Of a DNA stretch of 64,000 nt, positions 1 through 13,790 are shown one piece after another. Origin of the DNA: Camelus dromedarius (Eukaryota); contig NC_087436.1 of the NCBI RefSeq assembly GCF_036321535.1, forward strand, positions 82,958,001 to 83,022,000, given 5' to 3'. The translations under genes were made by a program, and so were the position numbers. Every line of letters begins with the position of its first letter. Position 1 is the stretch's first letter. The notes under the pieces are model-generated. The model saw nothing but the letters and a program-made list of their open reading frames with translations, had not been told where the DNA came from and did no database searches.

Positions 1-401
1 TTAACTATTGAAATCTGAGGAGCTATTTAGAGTTCTGTGACCCTAATAATTTATGTCAGATGAAAACAATGTAGAGAACATAGATAAGAAAATAATAATC
101 TCACCATTCATAAGTAAATACATTAATATTTTGTTGTATTTCATCTGTTTCTTTTTTTGCAAAATATATCACAATATATGGTTTTGTGAGGAAGAATATA
201 CATTGCATTTTCCTTTGCCATGACAGTGGAAAAACTAACTTTCCCAAAGAATATGGTAGCAAAACTATTAAGTGATGACTTCTTAAAATATTCAGATTGT
301 TTTAAAAAAAAAAAGGTACATGTTGAATTTTGGATTGGTGCTTACAAAATACATATTTAGGTTTCTTCTTTAATCTCTACCTTCTTTTGATTTACAAACA
401 G

Positions 402-500
402 AATATGTTTTTGGCCATCATCAATGATACTTACTCTGAAGTTAAATCTGATTTGGCCCAGCAGAAAGCTGAAATGGAACTCTCAGATCTTATCAGAAAG
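402..500 (+). CDS. PKD2: PKD2 (polycystin-2) coding exon, human exon 10 equivalent: end of S6 and start of the C-terminal tail
   Basis: AG at 400-401 and GT at 501. The 99 nt translate [33 protein letters not shown], a recognisable polycystin-2 sequence. Confidence 0.96.
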
Positions 501-1406
501 GTATGACAAACCCTAATTCTCAGAATTGTTTTATTTTCTGCATAAAATGAGCATTGTTTCAGTCAGATTTGCAAATCAACATTGGTCCATTGACGCTGTT
601 TAAAATAAAGAATCGATTGCTGTGTTCCAGGAATAATGTAACTGTTGTCTGCCTTGGAGCTAAGGATGGCTAATACTGCTAGCCTGAACTTAAATTCTGG
701 GAATCCCTTAATGCCCGGGCATGAAATTCTCAATAATCTCTTTTGCCTCTTAAGAGCTGAGCTGCTGGTTTCATCCCCTTTATTTATTTTGACACCTCCT
801 CTAGCTGACTTTCACTTCCAGATCCAGAGTTCAGAATAAACGGGAAGGGAAGATTATATATAAAGACATTTCTACTTCCTCTATCTCAATTACAATTTAA
901 AAAAAGAAAAGAAAAGAAGCTTTAGAGACAAATATTTTGTAGTTTGCTCGTTATCCCTGACCTTCCAGGGGAGTTTTTAAAATAGTCAGAGAAAAGAGTC
1001 CCTGAAGCAAGGCCACAGCCGAAGGGCCTGAGAACTTTCACTGAAGCACCTTCTCAGGAAGTGTTTAATTGTTAAGTGGGAGGGCTGGACAGGAAGGTTG
1101 GGCAACTTTGTTCTTCTGGAAGTGACTTCTTTATTTGCTTTAAAGCAAAAACTTAAGCAACAACAGATAACTACATCTAAGTAAACAGTTTCTTCCCTAA
1201 CATGATTCTGCTAAGATACAGTGGCTCCTTGGCCATAATATTTTTCTGTTTGGTTCAAACCATAAGACAGTGTTCTCCGTGTGTCACGTCCTAACAGAGA
1301 ATGTCCACTTTGTAAAACAAAATCTCTTGAATGATACCTAACCTTAGTGTTGTCCTGAATTTTGCATAACAGTTGATTCCATTCTAGCAAATCCCCATGG
1401 TGTATA

Positions 1407-2626
1407 CAAGCAGTCCTCACTTGGCACTTTGGTTCCGATATGCACAAATTTCAATTATTGCCGTAAGTAACACCAGCCTCTCAACAGAGTTCAGGTTTCA
1501 ATGATGACAGTATACTGACGGTAATGGCATAAAGTACAAACTTCACTTTCAGTTACCACAGTGCACTTCAGTTGTTACAGTGTATTAACTGTGAGTAACA
1601 GCACAAAGGACAAACTTCACTACTAGCCCTACAGATCATTACATAAATAACAGACGTGCATCAGAATCAGTGACTAACAATGTCACTTTCCAAGTCAAGG
1701 TGCGGTCACCAAGCATCTGCTGTTCAGTTTACCCACAAAACTTCTAGTTGTGTTGCCTCCTTATCTCCCAGTGATAAACCCATGTGACGTTTTACAAGTA
1801 TGCATAATCGAAAGAGAGAGAGGCCCAGCCAGCGAAGAAGAAAAGAAAGTGTAGCCAAAAAAAAAAAAAAAACAAAGAATGAGGGGGAGGGTCTAGCTCA
1901 GTGGTAGAGTGCGTGCTTAGCATGCACAAGGTCCTGGGTTCAATCCCCAGTACCTCCACGAATAATAATGATGATGATGATGATGGTAGAAGTGAGATTC
2001 AAAACAGACGTAATGGATTTATAGAAGAAATACGTAGCTGGCCGTGGGAATATTGACATTGCCACCATTAGAGAGCTAGAGAGCAATCAGAGGGACTCAG
2101 TGGAGGCAGATTGATCAGCATAAATGAGCAAAGTGACTGTGACAAATAGGATCAAGATGTCTCAGAGGAGATGGCACTGGCCACAAACTTCACACTAAAG
2201 GAACTCTTGGAGATATTTCCCCACTTTAAAAGGGCAAAGGATAAAGTGTTTGAAGCTGATCCATATTAAGAAAGGATTATGGTAACTCAGCACGACAGAG
2301 AAAAGATACACACTCCGCATCGTCAGTCACACAAGAAGACAAGCACTGTTCAAACGTCTCTGGATACGTTTTTTCATGAAGAAATAAAACTTAATCTTCA
2401 GTGTTTCTACTGTTTAAAATTTCAGTGGACTACATGAACATTCATTTTACTCTTTTAAAAATTTCCCTATAAATTTATAACCAACACCAAGGGAGTTTTC
2501 GGTGTTTTGATAAGCAGTTTTAAAGGTCACAGAACAATCGAAATCTTTCTGATTGATTATTAACATCACTCCACACAGTTCGAATTTGCACAGCCCTGCA
2601 CTGCTGTGCGTAGTGAGCTTTGCCTG
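1407..2626. mobile_element. Old TcMar-Tigger-type non-autonomous DNA transposon (Tigger6-like), interrupted by a SINE
   Basis: Degenerate terminal inverted repeats: ta-CAAGCAGTCCTCACTTGGCAC on the left and reverse complement CAGGCAAAGCTCACTACGCAC on the right. Family name from recall. Confidence 0.5.
1883..1985 (+). mobile_element. tRNA-Ala(AGC)-derived SINE (camelid vic-1-like) with an (AAT)n(GAT)n tail
   Basis: A box TAGCTCAGTGG, anticodon arm GTGCTTAGCATGCAC, B box GGTTCAATCC, ending CCTCCA. The acceptor stem is mismatched and a simple-repeat tail follows. Confidence 0.75.
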
Positions 2627-3079
2627 CAGTGTATTAGTGAGAAATCTTCATCTCTACGTCACTGAAACTTTTTCACACATGTAAGAAAATTGCTGACTAT
2701 GAGGTAATATAGAAAATAATAAATCTGTGACTCAGGTTTCTCAGTTTCTTAAGAAGTGTTGCACATTCCTACATATTCAGAGGAGACAGCTGTGAAACAT
2801 GTGGTGATCTGCATTCCTGTCACCTCAACTTGAATACAGTTATAACCAAAAGGCCCCTAGTTCTTGATTTACTGAAAGACCCTGACTTCCAGTATAACTC
2901 TCCCACAAGAGATTCATGGAAAATTTGGGATGCGTTCGTCATTCATTCATTCTTGTTGAGTGGCCCCCTGTGTCAGGCACTGTTCTGGTCACTGGGTTTA
3001 CAGAAGTTACTACTGTCATTGGAAGGTAAAGCAAGTGCTAAAGGAGGCTAAACTCAGTCAAGTCTTTTCTTTCCAACAG

Positions 3080-3201
3080 GGCTACCATAAAGCCTTGGTC
3101 AAACTAAAGCTGAAGAAAAATAGTGTCGATGACATTTCAGAGAGTCTGCGGCAAGGAGGAGGCAAGTTAAATTTTGATGAACTTCGACAAGATCTCAAAG
3201 G
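3080..3201 (+). CDS. PKD2: PKD2 exon 11 equivalent
   Basis: Acceptor ttccaacAG and donor GTAAGA. The 122 nt translate [41 protein letters not shown], in phase with the neighbouring exons. Confidence 0.96.
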
Positions 3202-3425
3202 GTAAGAATCACACTTTCTGCAGGCCTGGGAAATTCCGTACGTAAAGAAGTTTTTGGTGATCAGCCAAGTACTGGTAGCGACACTTCTTTTTCAGAGGTG
3301 GGTGTCTGTCTGGAATGTCCTGTAAGAGGAGGATGGGCCCTGACTCAGCAGTTTCTCCTTTCCTCCTGCACGTTGATGTCTCTGTGTTGGGGCTGGACCA
3401 TGTGCATGAATGAGTTCATCTGTAA

Positions 3426-3572
<147 letters not shown>

Positions 3573-4084
3573 TAGGAGAACAAGATGGATTCAGCACCTA
3601 CGATGTTTCAAATGCCACGCTAAGTAGTGGGCTTCTGAGTCTTTCTCTCTCTCTCTCTCAATTTACATATTAGTACCCTGCTTACTCCAAAAGGATATAA
3701 AACACAGCAGTATATTAAAATGCAATATGTTAGCATAAATGTACAAAAACAGTAAAGAATGGAGCAAAACAAAAATGAAATATAAAGCTGCACTGTGAAT
3801 GAAACTAAAAACTGCATTCCACAAAAATGCATATTCTTAATAAGACTGCGCAGCAAATTCAGCCCTAAGCTTTCTGGTAACTTGCTGGAGGAGAAACCTG
3901 GGTAGTTACAAACTTAACAGTGTCCGTGACAGTGGGGAAAAAAAGATTTCCTAGAAGATATAAAATTATTTAGTTGCTCTTAAAATTAACATTTATAATA
4001 AAATAAAACTAACAACTGCCTTCCATTTGAATACTTAGTATGAAACTATTAAAAGTAAACTGGAATGGAATTTTATAATCAGAA

Positions 4085-4270
4085 AAAATAATTTAAAATT
4101 TAACATTAACTTAAAAAAAATTGTTAAACCAAAAAATAATGTAAAATTTAACATTAACTTAAAAAAATTGTTAAACTTAAAAAAAAATTGTTAAACAAAA
4201 AAATTGTTAAATTAACCAATAATTTAAAATTTAACATTAACTTAAAAAAATTGTTAAACCTAAAAAAACA
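4085..4270. repeat. AT-rich irregular minisatellite
   Basis: The unit aaaatttaacattaacttaaaaaaa(a)ttgttaaac occurs three times, plus extra aaaaaaattgttaaa subunits. Confidence 0.8.
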
Positions 4271-4829
4271 GTCCATGGTAATTGAGGTACGGAGAATATA
4301 AATGAATGTTATACACGTAAGTCAGTTTCCAAAGAGGAGGTAGTATAGAACAGTGGTTTCTAAATGCTGCTCCACAAAACAGTGCCAATAGGTAAAAAAA
4401 ACTCCCACCAGTCATAATGAAATATGGACAAGAAGACAATGAGTTTAATCAAAATTCTTATTCTTCCACTCTTACAAGAATTTTGATTAAACATCTTATA
4501 AGGGATTATATCTTTCCTACTTTGCAACTGTTAAAATGTGTTAACTTTTATGGAAAGATGATAATATATTTCTTCACTTACTGTTTTCTTTGCTTTGATG
4601 TGGTTTCAATGCTCTTTCTTGTCCAAAAAAAAGTTAGAAAACTAAGTGCTGGTCATTAAAAATCTGTTTTGAAAACTTGCCAATCCATGAAATTGAAAAG
4701 TGTGAGAATCACAGGCTGGTGTTGACCTCACAGAAACCCTAGGTAAATGGCATTCACCTGTTTCCCATTTGCCTGAGCCCTCAGTGAAGTGTCATTGGGG
4801 TCTAAGTGTTCCTGCTCGTCACTCAGTGA

Positions 4830-5009
<180 letters not shown>

Positions 5010-5289
5010 TAAGTATAAAGGGATTGGCAGAATTTGAGTTGACAGAAGGCCAGCTGAGACCAAGTCGTTTCTCCCACTTCTCTCAATTCAGTCTTTTCCA
5101 TTACTAATCATCAGTTCTTTTTTTATATAACTTTTACTGGTGTTTTTTCTCTTTATGAAAGTAACATGTTTATTATAGGAAAATTAGCAGATAAAGAAAA
5201 ACAAAAGAAAACCTTAATTTCTCATATTCCCACAAAACAAAAATGTCAGTTAACATTTTGGTGTTTGTGTCTGCATTACATGTGTTTTT

Positions 5290-7110
5290 TTTATGTTTTT
5301 ATGGCCTAACATGTTTGTCACATTTAGGAAGTTGTCAATCATCCTGTCTTCAAATATTTTCCTGCTCCTTTCTCTGCTTTCCTTCTGAGATTCCCATCAT
5401 GTGTAATTTGGGGCCCTCAGTGGTATCTCGCATTTCTCCTAGGCTCTGTTCGTTATTCTTCATTCTTTTTTCTCTTTTCTCCAGATTGCATAGTTTCTGT
5501 CCATCTTCAAGTTTGCTTATTCTTTCTTTTGCTGCTTCGTATCTACTCTTGAGACCCTCTAGTGAATTTTTCATTACATTTATTATTCTTTTCAACTCCA
5601 GAATTTCTATCTGGTTCTTTTAAACAATCTATATCTCTTTATTCATATTCTCTATTTGATGAGGCAGTGTCATCATACTGTCCTTTATCTTTATGCATGA
5701 CTTGACTTGTTTCTTTGAATATACTTATAATAGCTACTTTGACCTCTTTATGAAATCTATCTGGGCCCTCTCAAAGGTGATTTCTGTTGCCTGCTTTTTT
5801 CCTGTATATGGGTGACATTTTCCTATTTCTTTGTGTATCTCATAATTTTTTTAAAAAAACCCTGGAGATGTTAAATAATTTATTGTAGCTATATGTGTGT
5901 GTGTGCATATATATATATATATATATATTCCCCTTCGCACCAGAACTTGTTTTTGTTGTCCATCTGTGTGTTTGTTTTTCAGTGAAGTTTATTTCCCCCA
6001 CATCGTGAAACCTCTGATGTCACTTCTCAGAGGTCACAGCCTTAACCATACACACAGTCATCCTGGGAAGACAGAGGTTTCAGCAAGGTTCTCATTGTCT
6101 TCCCCTGATCTCTCTGTTAAGCTTTCTGACTCTGTGGGTATTGCCTCCACCTCTTCAGTTTCACTAATTGTTAGCTGATTGGTCTGTTGTTTTCAGTACT
6201 GCCTTAGGATTGAATTAAATTGCCCCACAGTCTGACCCAGGGAAATTCAGGCCCCTTTGCGGGGGTTGTTTCTGAGGCCAGTCTTTAGTTGTCTTCTTGG
6301 CTGTTGCTGTCCCTGGTTCTCTCTGGTAAACTAGCTGGCAAACAGTTTAACTTGTTGATCTCATGAGCCACCAGTCTCCTCTTAACTGCTTATCACCCTA
6401 GTCTCCATTGTTTTCGAGAGCAGTCTTGGGCTTGAATTTCCCCACACTTTGTTCCAAATAAAGCTAGTACACCTGGGGGAAGCTTTGAGGCTTTCTGTCC
6501 TATGTCCTGACTCTCCCCCTGGGCAAAACCTCTGTGCCACTGCTCCAGCGCTAGTGTGGCCCATCTCTCTTACAGGGATGCCCCTGCTTCATGAGTAAGG
6601 CACTGGGCTGGGATGGCAGCCTTTAGTGTCTCAGCGTGCCTCTCCTGGCGTGGAGAATCCACCCTACAATTGGAGATGGAGTGGAAGAAGAGAGCGTCAT
6701 ATCTCTCAGCCACTCTTACCTGGATTAGAGCCTCTGCAACGTGGATTTGGAGGGGGAGGCATAGGGATGAGAAATGCTGTCAGCCTGCCCCTCTGTGGAG
6801 CTAGCCTCACCCTCCCCTGAGAGCTGGTGGGAGAGGGAGCCCTGTGTTCTCTGCTGTATTCAACCCTCGGGGAGCTCTGTCACCCTGAGCTGCGGGTGGG
6901 AGAGAGGGAACAGATGGTAGCTCAGATACCACACACTCTCATTCTTCTTACTGAAATTTAGTGGATTTTCTTAAATAAAATTCTTCATTGGCTGTATGCC
7001 CTGAAGAAAACTTCCAGAAATTTAAAAAAATTAATAATATTCAAAAATTATGGTTGTTTCAATGGGGGGAGGGCCTCCAGAGCCTTTATGCCACCATTCC
7101 AGACATTGTC
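5290..7110 (-). mobile_element. Old L1 (L1M-type) 5' region and ORF1 remnant
   Basis: Minus-strand ORF 5350-5595 (MKNSLEGLKSRYEAAKERISKLED...QSLGEMRD...GISEG) resembles the L1 ORF1p coiled-coil/RRM junction. Boundaries approximate. Confidence 0.7.
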
Positions 7111-7603
7111 TCCTATTAAATGTTTTTAAAGTATTTATATAACATTTTTTTTATTCAAAAGAATGGGATCATAAGTGAACATAACTTTTCTAACTGCTTT
7201 ATTTACTTCATCAGTAATGTCATTGTATTTCATCATTAGAATGTGAACATCATTCTATTTCATTCTATCACAATATAACTTCTGGTATCTTAGAATTTTA
7301 TTGTATAGATGAATAATAATATATTTTAAAATCTTCTACTAATTTTTGATGTAACCATTTTCAGTGACCCACTATTAATGGTCAGAACCTTAGTGAATAT
7401 CCTTATAGCCAAAAATTACACATATACTTATTTCCTTCAGGAATTTTCAAGAAATGGAACCACTGAATGAAAGGATAGGCATACCTTTTTAAGATACAAT
7501 GTTGGCTTGCAAAAATGTTTTGCCAGGTAGCATTCCCATCAGCAGGGTATGAGAGCTTATGTCTATAGTCTGAGACTGTTAAGAAAGTGTTTTTAGATTA
7601 TAA

Positions 7604-7918
<315 letters not shown>

Positions 7919-8232
7919 TAACCCTTAACCTGAGAGGTTTTTTGCCTCCATACTTGCAGATCAGTGCAGATAATATGGTAATCCGGAGGTGTTCCTTTCT
8001 TAATACTCTTCATCCTAATGATCCTGCCTTCACTGGATGACTGATAGAATTAAATAAAATATATATATATATATATATTACTCCAGTGATTCTGAGAAGT
8101 TGCTGTTAAGAGCTGTAAATCTCCAGCCTTGCCTAATTAAAGTTATTGGGTCCCCAAATTTCCTAAGGCAATTTTTGAGTGCAAGAGTATCCATCACTGT
8201 CTCAACATCTTGGTTTCTTTTTCCTTTGTTAG

Positions 8233-8469
<237 letters not shown>

Positions 8470-10500
8470 GACATGTGTTAGTGTGTGTGTCCTTAGTAGG
8501 TGAGAAGGTGGCTGTCCCGAATTGCCATAACAAATACACTATTTATATGCCCTGACCACCGTATGATGCTGGTCTTTGTGACCAATCGTTAATTCTTCTG
8601 CACTTTAATTTATTTTAGCTAAAACTTTGCCCATGGATCAAAGATTTTTTTTCTTTTTCTCATTTAAGAAATCTAGATGTAAATATTGAGTACGGGAAAC
8701 AAAAAACTTTGTAAAATATATTGAGTGGTATGCCCCCTTCTACGGTGACTGTCTCCTCAGCTGACAATGAAGTAGCCTTTTAAAGCTAGCAAAGAACCGT
8801 CAAAAGGCTTCTGAGTTTTATTTCCAATCATAAAAATCAGTATTGTTCTTTTTGCCGAGTGTGAGAAGGGAAAATAGGGGCACTCCTTTCCACTCAGGCT
8901 GAGCTTGTGGGCTTAATACATAGCTTTCTTTTAAGAAAGGAGCCTTTTATTTCAACTACCTTCCTGGGGTACATTTTCCTAAAAGATGAGCTGGAAAAGA
9001 ACCCCAAACCATAGAATGGGTATGTAGTCATTATGCTAGAATTTGTATGAATGGTTACGATAAATGTTGAACAAACAGTATGCTTTTTTGTTATTTTATC
9101 ATATCTGATGCCTGTGAGTCTAACCATTTCACTTAATTTTTACACAATTTTCACTCTCATTTGACATAAGCTCTATGAAACCACCAAAGATCAATTATGG
9201 GTTAAAGTGGCATCTCTGACCAGAACATAGGAGAATTGGAAGGCGCCAAATCACTAAATTTGATTTTTTCTAATAATTAGTTTAGTATAAAGATTTACCC
9301 ATATATTCTTTTTCCCATGTGGCTCAACTTATTTGCAACTAAATTTAATGTTGTAACTAATCTAGGAAGACCAACTTACTAACATTTTAGTATGCACTGA
9401 AAGTTTTAACTCAGCAAATATGTTCATTTTAAGTAAAATTTTAAGGAAGTTTTGAAATTCATATAAAATATTATAAAACTAAAATTTGAGTTTTAGACTG
9501 TTTTAAGAATACAGAATTCAAACTCTTGAGCCTGCATTTCAAAACTAGAAATTATGACCTAAATGGAGCTCCATTTAATGAAAAGGAGTTTTGGGTATTG
9601 AAAGTTCAACCATTATCAGAAGGTATCAACCAAAGTTTGAGTTTGCATCAGTTTTGGTTTTGTTTTGTTTTCTTTTTTTTTTTGGTTTTTTTTTTGGTTA
9701 GGAGAGGGGTTTACCAAATTTATGGGGAACATAATTTTATTTCTCAACAAAAAAATAAAAATCTTATTTCTCAAAACTGTTGAGTAACCTGACCTTTTGA
9801 GAGCTAATGGGACAAGCAAGAGAGAAAGCAGTGCGGGTGAATAACTTCCACTTGGAGAACAAGAGAAGAGAGGCCTGTTTCTAATCCTATAGTTTAAACT
9901 CTCACAGTTGTTCGTGTAATTGATTAGAACATCAGTCAAATCTTCAGTGAAAACGTGAGCAAACAAACCCTTCCAAGCTGGCTTCTGCAGAAGTGATATG
10001 CATGGGTTTCTGTAACCATTACTGCCCCTGGCTTCATCTCCATCTTTACTTTCTTTTGAATATGCTACATAGAGTTCTTTACTACTCGGTACTGACGTTT
10101 GCATTCCAGGGATATTGAGTATACATATTTATGTCTGTGTACCGTGTTGTTACATGTAAACAAACTTCAATTTGAAGTGCAGCCATTATGTGGTATCCAT
10201 GTGTATTGACCAAGTGCCATATATCAATTATGGTCACTAGAAAGTCTTTTGATGATACTTATACTGTTTTTCATTTCACCTGTAAAATTTTGCCAAATTC
10301 TTTCTTTTTACCTGTATGTTACATATTTCTTTTCCTCCGTAGTCATGGAGCATTCCCTCCTCACCCCTCCCCTGTCATCTCCCCCTCTATACTCGTAAAG
10401 AGTATCATCACATATGCAAGTCTCTCAACAATCGAGAACTTCATTAATGTGTAATACTGAGCACTTTACTTCTTAATAAAGACTTGATATAATAACAGAT
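8470..10500 (+). other. PKD2: PKD2 3'UTR, about 2 kb (end approximate)
   Basis: AT-rich, repeat-poor sequence after the stop codon. Ends at AATAAA 10475-10480, just before old L1 sequence begins. Confidence 0.65.
10475..10480 (+). terminator. Probable PKD2 polyadenylation signal
   Basis: Canonical AATAAA about 2 kb after the stop codon, with GT/T-rich sequence downstream. Confidence 0.65.
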
Positions 10501-10649
10501 GTAAGAGTTGTCTATTTCTTAAGTAGAAGCAGGTGGGTCATTTGTCTTGTATCATGAGACTAGTAGTAAAGGCTGAGACTTTGAAAAAGGCATCTTCTCT
10601 TCATGTTCAAAAACAACGATCGACACATGACTTCTTTTGTGGTATGTAC

Positions 10650-12270
10650 CTCTAGTAAGTTACTCTGATGATTCCATATTATTTCCAAGAGTACAGCCAC
10701 CACATTGCACTCATACATTCCTGTAGTAAATAGTTGGCGCTAATATTTCTGCTATTTCAAAATCTTTTACATAATTCCCTTGTTGGCTTTTCATGAGTTC
10801 CTCAGTGGGTATATAACAAGAGCTGGAGTGCTGAGTCCCAGGTATATATTTAATTTTACCCAGAACTGTCAGGTTGCCCTCCTGAGTAACAGCACCAGTC
10901 TATAATTCACCAGTCTATAATTCCACTACATGCAGGAAAGTACTGGTTTTACCCCGACACTCATCAGCATTGGTACATTCTAGCTTCCCAATCTTTCTAA
11001 TGGGATAGTTTTGAAGTGAGGTCTCATTTTATTTTGCATTTCTCTGATTCCTAATAAGGTTGAACATCATCTCATATAGTTGTTCAACATCTGAGTTTCC
11101 CTTTTTGTAAATTGCCTATTCAAATCTTTAAAGTATTACACTGTGATCTAATGGGGGAAACGTATTGCCTATTTTTCCACTAGCTCAAGGTCTTTTTTGT
11201 TGATTTGCAGAAGTTCTTTGTATGGCTTAAGTATTAATCCCTTATCCATTTTGGACTCTATTAATGTCTCTCATCCAACTGATAATTTTGTCAATGTTTC
11301 CTTAGTCTTCATATAGTAATGGCCATCAATTTTTTTGGCTTTATTGTGTTTGGATGTTTAAAAGAGACCTTTGTAAGGTCACAAACTTTTGTTTATTAAA
11401 CTTACAGTTTTACTTTCACATTTAATACATCCCAAGAGTAACTTTACATAAGGTCCATAGATATTTTTCTCCGTATAATTAAGCTGGTTTTGTCAACACT
11501 GTCTATTAAATAAGTCATTTTTTCCTTACTAGTTATTAGTGTCACTGGTATAGTTCAGGTTCATGTATATTTGTGTCTATTTTTGAACTTTTTGGCCTCT
11601 TACACTGATCCATGAGTGTTCCTACACAACAGTTTTTATTATGACTTTGTAGTATGTCTTCCTGTGTGCTAAGGTCTTCGTATAAGTTCTCCTCTTTGGC
11701 TTTTTTTTTTTTTTCCCAAAATCGACTAGGCTATTTTTGTGAACCATTATTTCTCCATATAAATGTTAGAACAAGTTTGATGGGTTCCTGGGTGTGAGGG
11801 TTGAGGGGCAGAGGAGGGGGAAAAGTCCTGCTGAAATTTAATTGGAATTGCATTGAATTTACTGATTGGTCTGGGCAGAACTGACATCTCTACAACACCA
11901 GAAACATAACTGTTTCATTTGTTCAGAGCTGCCTTAATGTCCTTAAGCGTTTCATTAAATTTCCTAAAGATTTTGTCGTTCTTTAATATGGTTTTATTGT
12001 TACTATGAATAGTATCTCCCATTATATCTTCTAGTTCATTATGGCTGAGATAAGGGAAAATTACTAATTTTTATAAGTGAATCTTACATATATCACACTT
12101 GTTGAACTCCTTTTCTAGCTCTAACAGTTTCTGCATTGATTCTTTGGGTTTTCTATGTGGAAAACCAGATTATTTGTAAATAAGAACAGCACTGTGTTAA
12201 GAGACCAGCAGTAATAGTAGACACGCTTGTCTTGTTTCTGGCCTTAATGGGAATATGTTTTAGCTTGTGT
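10650..12270 (-). mobile_element. Degenerate old L1 ORF2/3' fragment
   Basis: T-rich + strand with typical antisense L1 phrases (ttgcatttctctgatt, ttggaattgcattgaattt, cttgtcttgtttctg). Boundaries approximate. Confidence 0.6.
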
Positions 12271-12289
12271 TCCTCTAAAAGAAAAGCCA

Positions 12290-13790
12290 AGGGCTTGAGT
12301 TCAGCTGGTTTACTTGGGAGGTGATACTAGGAAACGGGCATAGGAAAGAGTGAGCCAGGGAAGGAGGACATTCCAGGGGACAGGTGTTAGCGCAGGTGCC
12401 TCCTGGCAGCAGCAGCTCAGCTCCACCCCCGAGAACACTACGGAATGCCTCCACGATTCCCAGCCTGAAGAACATAAGCCTGGGGGCATTCCCCCCCGCC
12501 AGCCTGGATCCCTACTAGGTGAGGGGCGCCCTTGGGGTGTTAACACCCCCTGCACTTTCAGGCTACACTTACACTCAGGCTGAGCCGATTCCTTCAGCTC
12601 TGGAGAAGGCCCTACAGCAGAAAAGTGAAGAGGTTTGTGGTGCAGGCTTGAGATGGATGCTGTCAAGATGATCTGAGCACCTGCGGAACTGTCCACCACA
12701 GCCAGTGGAACAGAGGTGCAGAGAAGCCAGGACTCAGAGCCCAGCAGCATCTACTTTTCCACACCCTGCACCACTCTGATCCACTCATGCCCACGTTGTG
12801 TGCACTCTTGACTTTGAGGGAGGCCAGCTGTAATCTCCAGATACAGGAGGGCAGTGGAACTAGCTAGTCCCCGTCGCTGCTGCTGCTCACATCCCCATAA
12901 TGCCTCTCACCTCTCTCTTCTATCACCCTTTCTAGAGTTCTCGTTCTTGGCCAGAACTTCAGCTGTACCAGGTTGCTTGCCTGGCACAATGATCCACACC
13001 TACAGTGCTGAGGGCACAAAGCCCTTGGTTCCCTGGTCCTTTATCAGGCTTCCCATTTTTTGACCACTAAGCACGGAAACACCAAGCTACCTCCGTGAAT
13101 TCCCTGCCCCTTATGCAGCTGTCAAATCTTGCCTCTCCTAACAGAGATGACAATGTAATAACTGCTTTTCTTGCCTGCTGTTCCACCACGTGCGGAACTG
13201 GAAGTGACTAGTGGCAGACACAGGTTCATGTTCAGTGGACCGTTTGCTGTATTCCCAGGTGAAAATGTACCCCCACTCTTGAGGATCCAGGAACTCTCAT
13301 TCAGCAGGACCTAAAGCTGCAGAGGCAGGAAGCACAATTCAGCAAATGGGTTAATGGGAATGACATTGAGGCCACCCTTACTTGGCACGTGGACCTGTGT
13401 ATTCTAACTCGGGAACAGGCACTCTTGGTTTAATGCAGGGGTCTGCAAACTTTCCATAAAGGGCCAGAGAGTGAATATTTTAGGCTTTATGGGCCATAAC
13501 GGTCTCTTTCGCCCTGATTTTGCCAACATAATGCAGAAGCAGCCACAGACAGTACAAACTTGAATGAGCCTAGCTATGTTCCAATAAAGTTTTATTTATA
13601 AAAGGAACAGGCAGTGGGCTGAATCTGGCCTGCAAACCATAGTTTACCCGTCCCTGGTTTAATGTATAAAACACATTCTGGAGGATGGCACTCCAGTCCC
13701 TGCTGAGGATGTCACGCATGAACTGGCGCTGGCATGATGCTAATAACCACTGAGATGCCTGAGGGATGTAACAGGAAGCGCTAAAACGTA
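12290..13790 (-). mobile_element. ERVL-class LTR plus internal relic, interrupted by MER58
   Basis: GC-richer block resembling ERVL 3' internal and LTR sequence (ggacctaaagctgcagaggcaggaagcacaa). Assignment from recall; boundaries approximate. Confidence 0.4.
13436..13656. mobile_element. hAT-Charlie MITE (MER58A-like)
   Basis: CAGGGG...CCCTG termini with a perfect 8-bp TSD GTTTAATG at 13428-13435 and 13657-13664. Confidence 0.85.

Noticed and set aside
1883..1958. Functional tRNA-Ala(AGC) gene
   Set aside because: The acceptor stem has mismatches, a simple-repeat tail follows with no adjacent T-run terminator, it sits inside another transposon, and a second truncated copy exists. This fits a SINE.
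9616..10104. 162-aa minus-strand ORF
   Set aside because: It is antisense to the PKD2 3'UTR, includes low-complexity A-run translation, and has no recognisable domain.
12310..12750. 146-aa ORF in a GC-richer intergenic block
   Set aside because: It lies within a probable ERVL/LTR relic, with no splice or domain support.
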